DNA of 64,000 bases. Source: Candidatus Latescibacterota bacterium (GTDB taxonomy: Bacteria; Latescibacterota; UBA2968; UBA8231). Of this stretch, positions 18,027 to 26,357 are shown in pieces. Position 1 is the first letter of the stretch. Every line of letters begins with the position of its first letter. Location: positions 3,328,001-3,392,000 of the forward strand of contig OZ241889.1 of the NCBI GenBank assembly GCA_965203355.1, given 5' to 3'. Under the pieces are notes generated by a model. That model did no database searches. It saw nothing but the letters and a program-made list of their open reading frames with translations, and had not been told where the DNA came from. The position numbers and the translations under genes were made by a program.

Positions 18027-19307
18027 CTACAGACCGATGCAGTACAGATGCGACTCCGTCCGCAGAAAAATCCGCCCCCCGGCCAAGGCTAGCGACGACA
18101 GCGTATAGCTGCCATCAAGTTCGTTAGTCGCCAGCACCTGGTACTCGGGCCCGGCCTGTAGCACGGTCGTCACCGCATTTTCATTGACCACGTAGAGCTT
18201 GCCGTCGGCCAGCACCAGCGAGGCACTGACCGTCCCTTGGGCCGTGCGTTCCGGCCCCCACACCACCACACCCGTCTTGGCATTGAGACAGGTGACTCGC
18301 CCGCGGTCATCCACCATGTAGAAGTAGCGGCCATCAGCAACGGCCGAAGGCACGTCCGGCCCGCCCGCTCCCGTCCACTTCCACGCCAAGTGACTCTCGC
18401 TAATATCTCCGGTGCCACCGGCGCGGAACGCCAACACTGGATTGCGGCGACTGGTCGCGTACACCATGCCGGCAACCACAACCGGCGACCCGACCACCCG
18501 GTAATTCCGCTCCTTCTCCGGATTCAAACCACCCGCCCGCCAAACCTCCTCGCCGGTGGCGGGATCGTGGCCCGTGAGATAGTCGCCGCCGGAGACGACG
18601 ATTTGCGTCTGACCGTCGTGTTCGAGCACCACGGGCGTGGTATAGGCGTCCGGCGATTCGCCCACTGCGTCGGTGGGCCGTTCCCGCCGCCACGCCACTT
18701 CCCCAGTAGCCGCGTCAAAGGCAATCAGGTAGGAAGGATCGTCCGTGTTCATCCCGTGCAGGACCTCGACGAAGAGCTGGCCATCGTAGAGCAAGGGCGA
18801 AGAGGCGTAGCCCCACATCAGGCCGAAGGGCCCGTGCTCGGCCTGCAAGTCGTAGTGCCACAGTTCTCGACCTTCCATATCAAAGGCCCGGATCATCCCC
18901 GTACCCGCAACGGCCAACACGCGCTCGCCATCCGTGACCGGCGAGGGCGAAGTGTTGTTGTGCTTGCGCCAATAGGCATTGCCCTCGTCGAGCGTACGCT
19001 GCCACAACACGCGGCCATCGGCCGTTGACAAACAGCCCAAAAGCAGTTTTTCGCCGCCTTGGATCGCCTCGCCTGAATTGGGCGATGTCAAAAAGATCCG
19101 CGCGCCCCACACCACCGGCGTGCTCCCGCTCCAAGAGGGCAGTTTTCTGCTCCAGATCACGTTCTCGCTCGTGCTCCAAGTCGCCGGTAGATTCACCGCC
19201 GCGCTGACCCCGTTGTGGCTGGGGCCGCGCCACTGGGGCCAATGCTCTTCAGCATTGGCGTACCACGCGGCCAAAAGCAGCAGTGAGACGATGGTGTATT
19301 TTTTCAT
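18027..19307 (-). CDS. Secreted PQQ-like beta-propeller repeat protein
   Basis: Signal peptide, WPQWRGP, SPSPVTDG, YASSPLL, AFDAATGEVAW repeats. Confidence 0.9.
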   Translation of the reverse strand: MKKYTIVSLLLLAAWYANAEEHWPQWRGPSHNGVSAAVNLPATWSTSENVIWSRKLPSWSGSTPVVWGARIFLTSPNSGEAIQGGEKLLLGCLSTADGRVLWQRTLDEGNAYWRKHNNTSPSPVTDGERVLAVAGTGMIRAFDMEGRELWHYDLQAEHGPFGLMWGYASSPLLYDGQLFVEVLHGMNTDDPSYLIAFDAATGEVAWRRERPTDAVGESPDAYTTPVVLEHDGQTQIVVSGGDYLTGHDPATGEEVWRAGGLNPEKERNYRVVGSPVVVAGMVYATSRRNPVLAFRAGGTGDISESHLAWKWTGAGGPDVPSAVADGRYFYMVDDRGRVTCLNAKTGVVVWGPERTAQGTVSASLVLADGKLYVVNENAVTTVLQAGPEYQVLATNELDGSYTLSSLALAGGRIFLRTESHLYCIGL

Positions 19308-19474
19308 GGTTGGCTCCTCTCTATTATCGACAAAAGTACACCCTAAGCCGCCAGTTGAATGGTTGGTCTCCTTGTTTTTGTAGCTAAAAATAAATGGAGA
19401 TTGAGTTCGATCCCAATGACCGGCAAAGTTTGCTCAAGCCCCTGTTCAGCAAGGCCGAACGGAGGCCACCCCTT

Positions 19475-20476
19475 TTACTGATCCGTTATCCGCCGCAACT
19501 GGTTGGCCCTCTCAATAAGTTGGGGATTGGGCCAATCCGCTTTATTCGTCGGCAAGTGTATTTGAGAGTCCAAGTAACCGCGCAAATCGTCGAGGCCGTC
19601 GTCGAGTCGCTGGCTTTTTAATTCATCCGCTTTCTGTTTATTGAGCCGCATGTAGTATGTTGTATCGAGATAAATCAAACTGCTGTCGTACGCTCGATGT
19701 ATGGTCGGCGACAGTGCGATGCCATTAGAAATATCATCTGTTCCCTGGGCACCTACTGGCACAATGTGGGCGGCATCAACGAGATTGAGTTGTGCTCTCG
19801 TCACCGCACAGCGGCGCGCATAAGCATTCATAACTTGCCGCCGAAAACTCGACGTACGCGCATAGAAACTTATCGATTCGACGATTCTTTGCCGCTCTTT
19901 CGCCAGTTTCCCCATTTCTTGCGGCCTTATTTCCTCCAACTGAGCCGCCTTTCGCAAGAGGGTGTATGTCGAAAGATCGCCTCCGTATTGATGCAGAGAG
20001 ACCGCATTAAACACGTAATTCAGAAATTGATCTGGACGAATCCCAACGGCTATTTCTTGGTTGTCTTTGCGAGAAAAAGCCAAGCCGTCTCCAAGAGCCG
20101 TGTGAATAGCTCCTATATCGACCTGAACAGAGGGCGAACCTGCTGTGAATGTGTGATGTTTATCTATGTCAAAACCTGCAAACATATCGCTCTCAGCGTG
20201 ATAACCCAGTAACACAGTATGACCGCTTGGATTGATCGCTAGTGGAGCGGAAATCGAAGTCATCTGAATTCTGTACTCGTCCGGTAAAGACTGCCGACCG
20301 CCGTGAGTGAGTGTCCAGATATAGACCCAAAGTGAAATGGTATCGTCGCCATATTGAACCAAAAATTCTCTAGGATGAGTGGCTAGTTGCTCAGACATAT
20401 AGAAACCACTACCACCCGACATTTGTATGGCGCGAAGAATGGCATCAACGAGTTGAGTAGGTGGAACAGCAGGCAT
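19475..20476 (-). CDS. HNH endonuclease (putative restriction enzyme)
   Basis: FRRQVMNAYARRCAVT..DAAHIVP..NGIALSPTIHRAYD; lower GC; 6 nt downstream of methylase. Confidence 0.85.
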   Translation of the reverse strand: MPAVPPTQLVDAILRAIQMSGGSGFYMSEQLATHPREFLVQYGDDTISLWVYIWTLTHGGRQSLPDEYRIQMTSISAPLAINPSGHTVLLGYHAESDMFAGFDIDKHHTFTAGSPSVQVDIGAIHTALGDGLAFSRKDNQEIAVGIRPDQFLNYVFNAVSLHQYGGDLSTYTLLRKAAQLEEIRPQEMGKLAKERQRIVESISFYARTSSFRRQVMNAYARRCAVTRAQLNLVDAAHIVPVGAQGTDDISNGIALSPTIHRAYDSSLIYLDTTYYMRLNKQKADELKSQRLDDGLDDLRGYLDSQIHLPTNKADWPNPQLIERANQLRRITDQ

Positions 20477-20482
20477 AGTTTC

Positions 20483-21481
20483 CTAGGTCGCTTTTTTGTT
20501 TTTAGGTCTTTTCTTGCCCCCATCGTCCGACAGGGCTTCTTCACCATCGGTTCCATTCCACATCGCCGCAGGGTGGCAAAGGCTGTAAGAAGGCACTTTC
20601 TTTTTGCCTTTATGTTTGGTCTCAAACCTAAAAAGACTGCCGGCAAGGTATTCTTTGACGAGATCACAGCAGAGCCATTTGCGCTGCAATCGCTCGGCAA
20701 CTTCTCCCGTTACACAAGAACCCGCTAAAGGGTCGAACACTAAGTCGCCCTTATCGGTGAGCATCCTAATAAAGTACTCGGGCAATTCAGCCGGGAAGCG
20801 CGCGGGATGCGGTTTTATATCGTGCTCCTTGCAAAGTCGCAAGTAGTTGGAATTGCTCTCGGTGTTGGGAATTGCGATGAGATTGGGCGGAATAGAAGCA
20901 CCATTATCAATGTTAAACTTTTCACTAATATCGTGCCCACTCGGCCTCAGCTTGGCTTTATATCCACTTTTGAGCAATCCTTTCATTGAATTGCTATAGG
21001 GAATCAGAACCCGGCGATTGCTAGCTTTCGGCCAAGGAGTTGGCGAAAGCCACCAGACGCAATTGACTGCATCTTTAACTCGAACTCGCCGGATGTTCAC
21101 CCACTCGGCTGGCGTAGGCAATTTTGAAGGATTCCACCAGAAGAATTCTTGGGCGAGATGAAAATCGAATTCCCGACAAAGCATAATCAAAAGCTCGTAG
21201 TGATAAAGAGAGCGAGTCGGTTGCCCTGGAATCCAAGCACCACCAATGTCAATGACCAGCGAGCCATTGTCCTTGAGGATGCGTATAAATTCTTTGGCAA
21301 AGGGCCGAAACCAGTCGAGGTATTGATCCGCATCGACATTGCCGTAGTCTTTTTTGCGGACCAAGCCAAATGGCGGGGACGTCATAATCAGATTAACGCT
21401 TTTATCCCCAACACCCACCATGAGATCGAGTGCGTCGCCCCAGTAGATTTCCCCTAAATCGGTTTTGTAAAATAGTTCCAT
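20483..21481 (-). CDS. Site-specific DNA methyltransferase, beta class, probably N4-cytosine (M.PvuII-like)
   Basis: Motif IV TSPPF precedes motif I VFDPLAGS; GSLVIDIGGAW, HPARFP. Confidence 0.9.
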   Translation of the reverse strand: MELFYKTDLGEIYWGDALDLMVGVGDKSVNLIMTSPPFGLVRKKDYGNVDADQYLDWFRPFAKEFIRILKDNGSLVIDIGGAWIPGQPTRSLYHYELLIMLCREFDFHLAQEFFWWNPSKLPTPAEWVNIRRVRVKDAVNCVWWLSPTPWPKASNRRVLIPYSNSMKGLLKSGYKAKLRPSGHDISEKFNIDNGASIPPNLIAIPNTESNSNYLRLCKEHDIKPHPARFPAELPEYFIRMLTDKGDLVFDPLAGSCVTGEVAERLQRKWLCCDLVKEYLAGSLFRFETKHKGKKKVPSYSLCHPAAMWNGTDGEEALSDDGGKKRPKNKKAT

Positions 21482-21509
21482 ATCTCAAATAACCTCCTAA
21501 TTTGAGATA
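21481..21509 (-). promoter_or_regulatory. 10-bp inverted repeat enclosing the methylase Shine-Dalgarno
   Basis: TATCTCAAAT (21481-21490) / ATTTGAGATA (21500-21509); loop reads TAGGAGGTT on minus strand. Confidence 0.55.
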
Positions 21510-21634
21510 AAAATTTACTCCGCTCCTTAGCCAACGGCACCCCGGATTGCCGGACTCGTTGTCAACCCAATCCCGGCGTAGTAGCGACTTCAATATACGA
21601 CAATCCCCTCACCCACGCTGCCGGCGGGGCTCCC

Positions 21635-23098
21635 CTACGGCTGCGGCATCAGTTGCTCCTCCACGATCCGCAAAAAACGCGCCACCGGTCCAACCTCGGC
21701 CCCCACCAAGCGCGCATATTCCCGCGCATCCTCTGCCCGCCCAGCCCAAACCAATTCAGACGCCAACGCCTGAAACAAACTCAACGCATAGCGACGGCGA
21801 AAATCCTCAACCCAAAAAGCGCGTTCCAAGTGCAACAAGGCCAAATCGCGCTCGCCAAGCAAATGATAGAACTGGCCCTGGGCGAAATCGACAAAAGACG
21901 CGCCCACCGCTGGATCGCGTGCGAGAAATTCCGCCTGTTTCAGGGCGGCTCGCAGCGCGTGCCGCTGCTCATCGGTAAGCGCCATCCCCTGCATCTTGAG
22001 GCACCACCCCCACTGAACCGCCGCCCACAACCCACGCCGCGTAAACGGCACCTCGCGGAGCGCCGCCGCGTAGTGAGCCTGTGCCCGCGCAAAATCCCGC
22101 GCAGTGAAAAGCTGATCCGCGACCGCGAGCACCAACGGCCCCTGCCGCCCCTGCTCAACCCACTGCTCAACGCCGCGCCATTCGGCCGGCGACAACCGCT
22201 GTCTCTCCATGACCGCCAGTTGTTTGAGATAGCGCGCATTGTGCCCATTGTATTGGTGCAAGGGTGCTTGTGCGAGCATCGCCCCCATCTTGTTGTACGC
22301 CACCACGCGCTCCACCGGCAGATCGCCCAAATCGCGCCGATACGCCGCCTCACTCCGCAATAACGCCAAGTCAATCGCCTCCAACGCGGCGATACGGCCC
22401 AGAACGGTCCGCGCCAACAAAGCCTGCCCAGCAACCGAGAAGTGAACGTGATCCACCATCCACTCCCAACCCACGCCCGACGCGGGTGCCGCCGCGCCAA
22501 ACGCAGCCTCCACATCCGCCAAAACCGCCCCATGCTCGGCCGCGACAGCGCGGATCACCGCATTGTGGGCGGTGGGAGCGCGCCACGGCATGGTGTCCAA
22601 ATCCCGCGCCTTGCGAAAGGCGCGCGTGAAAAAGCGGATTCGATCGACCGCAAACAAGCCGCCGAGATCGAACAACAAGGTTTTGCCAAACCGCAAATCA
22701 TCCCCCACGTTCACCCGATTGGACCCCTTCTCTTCGTAATAGGCTGTCGCGGGATCGCCGTCGTGGACCAAGTTGGTGTCATCGGTTTCGATCCAGGCTT
22801 GAAAGCCCTGGGTATGTAGATAGCCGCCGCGATCATGGACCGTCGTCGCGATATTGACATCCGCCGGAAAGAACAAGGGCGCAATGCCATCGGGCGCAAT
22901 CGTCAGGGATTCGCTTGCTCCCTGCAAGTCAGCATCGAGTTCGGCCCAGCTAAATTGGACGAAATCGGCTTGTCCGCTGGCCACCTCGGGCGGCACCGGC
23001 AAGCCCTCGCCGCCCAGGCGATAGACGGTCAATCCCGCCGCCGGCATGCTGCTGACGGCCAACAAAAACGCGGCGCAACAACCGCTAAATGCGACCAT
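21635..23098 (-). pseudogene. Probable deletion chimera: N-terminus of a secreted discoidin-like protein fused in frame to the C-terminus of an SGNH-hydrolase/TPR protein
   Basis: LLFDLGGLFAVDRIRFFTR (cf. VFDLGASFPVEQIAFFP in 63046+ ORF) abruptly followed by AFRKARDLDTMPWRA..LADVEAAF..DHVH and TPR-like helices. Confidence 0.65.
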
Positions 23099-23130
23099 GC
23101 TCACTTCTCCCAAAGGGAAGAACTTAACGC

Positions 23131-23172
23131 AGAAATCCGAAGGGGAGATGCACGAGACACCTCCCCTTCGGA
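23131..23172 (-). terminator. Rho-independent terminator after 23210-24163 gene
   Basis: TCCGAAGGGGAG (23136-23147) / CTCCCCTTCGGA (23161-23172), followed by TTTCT on minus strand. Confidence 0.7.
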
Positions 23173-23209
23173 GACTACGGTTTACTGATAGTTGGGAACG
23201 AGAAGCGAG

Positions 23210-24163
23210 CTACTGGATATAGGCCGCCTTGATGCGTCCCCAGCTTTCTTCTTCTACCGCGGTTTCAATGCGGCTGAAATCCACGCGCGGATCGATCGGG
23301 GCCAGCAGGAAGTCCGAGCAGTTGACGCAGTCGAACCACATCTGGATGTTGGGATTGATGCCCCAGCCGCCGTCGCTGGCTCCGCCATTGTCCTCTTCGG
23401 CCGAGTCCATGTCGTGGACGACCCAGCCCATACCGATGGTATGGCCTTCGGTAAAGGTGTGGATCTGGCTCTCGTCCGGGCCGACCCAGTGAAAGTCGTC
23501 CCAAGCGACCGTCATCACCTCAATCCGCGCTGTAACCTCGCCGGAGTTGACTTCGCCATCGAGCTGAAAACCGTAATCGCCCCACGGAGGCACATCGTGC
23601 CAAGTGGACTTGCTGTTGAAGAACCACTTCCAGCCGACGGCCCGGTTGGCGTCGGGCATTTCGGGCCAGACGTAGTGGGCGTTCTGGGCAAAACGGCCTT
23701 GGTTGCGCTGGCGCTCGTCTTCGTCTTCGTAATCTTCGGGCAGGGCAAAATGCCGGTCGCCACCGTGGTCGGCGTCGATCATGATTTCCCAGCTATCATC
23801 GCCCGCGGCGACCGCGCCAACGCCATTGCGATCCCAGTAGTTGTCAAAGCGCTCCATCATCAGATAGAGGCGGTTGGTCCCGGCGCTCCAAGAACCCACC
23901 ACCCGAAACGACAGATTGCTCTCGTCGTTTTCGTGGCCCAAGCCGAGATAGTACTCGAAGTGCGAGTCAAAGGGAACGTAGTAGTCCTCGGGGACGATAT
24001 CCCATTCAGAAAGGTCGCCATCCAAGGTCGGCTCCTGGCCAGCCGGCCACTGGAAAAGCGTGCCGGAGTCGATGCCGGGGATCGGCACGTGCGCCGATAC
24101 CGCGCTGGCCTGCAACAGGATGCCCAAGGCCAAGATACTCGCGATGCTCAAAATCTTCTTCAT
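23210..24163 (-). CDS. Secreted CBM9/DOMON-like protein with C-terminal TAVEEESWGRIK motif
   Basis: GAGGTG SD, signal peptide MKKILSIAS, PTLDGDLSEW, DDSWEIMIDADH, TIGMGWVVHDMD. Confidence 0.72.
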   Translation of the reverse strand: MKKILSIASILALGILLQASAVSAHVPIPGIDSGTLFQWPAGQEPTLDGDLSEWDIVPEDYYVPFDSHFEYYLGLGHENDESNLSFRVVGSWSAGTNRLYLMMERFDNYWDRNGVGAVAAGDDSWEIMIDADHGGDRHFALPEDYEDEDERQRNQGRFAQNAHYVWPEMPDANRAVGWKWFFNSKSTWHDVPPWGDYGFQLDGEVNSGEVTARIEVMTVAWDDFHWVGPDESQIHTFTEGHTIGMGWVVHDMDSAEEDNGGASDGGWGINPNIQMWFDCVNCSDFLLAPIDPRVDFSRIETAVEEESWGRIKAAYIQ

Positions 24164-24327
24164 AATGCGATTCACCTCATGGGTTCGTGGTTTGAACATT
24201 CGTCAAAAAACAAAGGGTGCTTCTGACGCCTACAACAGCTTTTCTTTACCTCCTTTCAACAGCGCTTAAATGGCCAAATATCCATAAGAATTCAGCACAG
24301 TATATAAAAAGGAACGGCAAGAGACAA

Positions 24328-26322
24328 CTACCTCGGCCGCGCAACGCCCCCGGCCAAATACCAAGTCTCTGGATAGTACGGCCACGTCCACCGCGAATCC
24401 CAACCCCAATAGCCCTGGAGCGGCACGTTCCGCAGCGTGCGGCTGACCACGACCGGATGCGGTCCTAGGCCAATGACGCCAAGGGCCCACAGGTTGTCGG
24501 CCTGGCTGCGGAGAATCTTCTTGCCCATCGCAATGCGCTCCTTTTCGTCCGTAGTGCGGCGCAAGGTCTCCCACCAGCCGATCAGCTCCTTGATCGGCGC
24601 GGGCGGCTCCCACCCGAGCGCACCATCGGAAAGGTACCACCGCGTCCACTTGGACCACTGACTCTGCTCCCAGCCGCCATTGGTCGGCACGTACCAATAA
24701 GGCTCAATGGGAAAGAGAATATCCGCGTTGCGGTCCGCGTGCCAGATGGTCATGTCCATCAAGCCCGCCCTAGCGCGGATCCGTTGCAGCGTGCCGCTAA
24801 TCTGTTTGAGATGGACGCTTATCCCTACCTCGCGCCAGTGCGCCGCGACCAAGTCCAAGGTAACCTGCTTGGGCGTCTCGCCGATCATGTACTCCAAGGT
24901 GATTTGCAATGGCTCGCCATCGAGCCGCTCGCGCCGGCCATCTCCGTCGCGATCGACAAGCCCCATCTCGTCGAACAGAGCCTGGGCCCACGCCGGATCA
25001 AACTCCGCCCACGCCGCGGCAAATTCCGGCTCGAAGTAGCGGCTCGAAGGCACCACCGTCAACTGGCGCGGCACCCCATAACCGAAATAAACGATGTCGT
25101 TAATTTCCGCTCGATTGATGGCCAGCGACATCGCCCGGCGGAAGCGCACGTCCGCAAAAATCTGCCGCAGTCCTTCGTCGGGATGGTTCAAATTGAACTG
25201 CAACACCACGTCCGAGCCGTACGGCCGCGGCCAGACATACGTGGAATAGCCGTTGTGCGGCTCAAAGCGCTTAAACAGCGGAATATCGGCCGTCATAAAC
25301 TGCCGCCCGGCAAAGTCGACCTGTCCGGTCGAGGCTTTGGCGGCCATAATCTCGGGGCTATCGACCCGCTGCACCTCCAGATAGTCGATATAGGGCAGTT
25401 GGTTGCCTTGGGGATCCACCTTGAAATAGTACGGGTTGCGGCGCAACCGGGCGCGCGTCGAAGTCCGGCTGGTCAATACGTAGGCCGTCAGCACCGGGCG
25501 GTTGAAGTGAATCAGATCGGTCGTGCTGTTCACCGCTCCGAAATAGGTGAGCCAGTCCTGCAAACCCAACGCGGCGGCTTCGCGCTCCAATTGCGCGGGA
25601 TCGGTAAAGGCCGGGTGGTAGCGGCGCATGAAGTGCGCTGGCATCACCAAGCGCGCACTATTGTGGGCGAGGTGATTGACAAACAGCGGCATGGGCTGGG
25701 GAAAGTGATAACTGAAGCTATGCGCGTCGTGCTTTTCGATGCGCGCGCCCTTGAACCGCGGCTCCACTACCGGCGTGAGTTCCTCGTTCATCAGCACGTG
25801 GTCGAACCAGAATACATAGTCGTCGGCCGTCACGGGATGGCCGTCGGACCACTTGTGGCCGGGACGCAGGGTGATCCGCAAGGTGCGCGCGCCGTTGCGG
25901 TATTCGGCCTTGGCCGCAAAATTCGGCAGGTTCAACCGCATTTGTGGCCCCGGACGCAGCACGCCTTCGGGCACGTTGATCAGGCTTTCACCCGCAAAAA
26001 ACAGCCGGGCCGTCCCCCCGTAGCGGCCAATTTCGCCGTAGGGTTCGACCACCACCGGGTCGTCGGGCAGGCGCTCGGCAACCGGCGGCAAGGCCCCGGA
26101 CGCCACCCATTCATCGAGCACGGGCGATTGGCGGAAGGTCTGCAATCCCACAACCGCCGCCGTGGCCGGTGGCCGGAACCAAGACGCTGGCCACGCGCTC
26201 GGCGGAATGTCGCCCGTCGGCACGGCGGACGGCACGCCCGAGTGCTCGGTTTCGACCGGCGCACAGCCCAACCACGCGGCCGCACCTACGCGCCACACCA
26301 TCCTGCAATTCAGCACTGACAC
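24328..26322 (-). CDS. ABC transporter substrate-binding protein, family 5
   Basis: LPPVAERLP, IGRYGGT, LRPGHKWSDGHPVTADD, RNPYYFKVDPQGNQLPYID, FRRAMSLAINR; no permease genes adjacent. Confidence 0.92.
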   Translation of the reverse strand: MSVLNCRMVWRVGAAAWLGCAPVETEHSGVPSAVPTGDIPPSAWPASWFRPPATAAVVGLQTFRQSPVLDEWVASGALPPVAERLPDDPVVVEPYGEIGRYGGTARLFFAGESLINVPEGVLRPGPQMRLNLPNFAAKAEYRNGARTLRITLRPGHKWSDGHPVTADDYVFWFDHVLMNEELTPVVEPRFKGARIEKHDAHSFSYHFPQPMPLFVNHLAHNSARLVMPAHFMRRYHPAFTDPAQLEREAAALGLQDWLTYFGAVNSTTDLIHFNRPVLTAYVLTSRTSTRARLRRNPYYFKVDPQGNQLPYIDYLEVQRVDSPEIMAAKASTGQVDFAGRQFMTADIPLFKRFEPHNGYSTYVWPRPYGSDVVLQFNLNHPDEGLRQIFADVRFRRAMSLAINRAEINDIVYFGYGVPRQLTVVPSSRYFEPEFAAAWAEFDPAWAQALFDEMGLVDRDGDGRRERLDGEPLQITLEYMIGETPKQVTLDLVAAHWREVGISVHLKQISGTLQRIRARAGLMDMTIWHADRNADILFPIEPYWYVPTNGGWEQSQWSKWTRWYLSDGALGWEPPAPIKELIGWWETLRRTTDEKERIAMGKKILRSQADNLWALGVIGLGPHPVVVSRTLRNVPLQGYWGWDSRWTWPYYPETWYLAGGVARPR

Positions 26323-26357
26323 AACACCTTCTCGTTTTTTTAGTATTTTATTAGTTC

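Noticed and set aside
18027-19307. PQQ-dependent dehydrogenase or true BamB
   Set aside because: Only generic propeller repeats are visible; no dehydrogenase-specific motifs or bam context.
23192-26319. Long plus-strand ORFs 23192-24226 and 24739-26319
   Set aside because: Antisense shadows of well-supported minus-strand genes, expected in GC-rich DNA.
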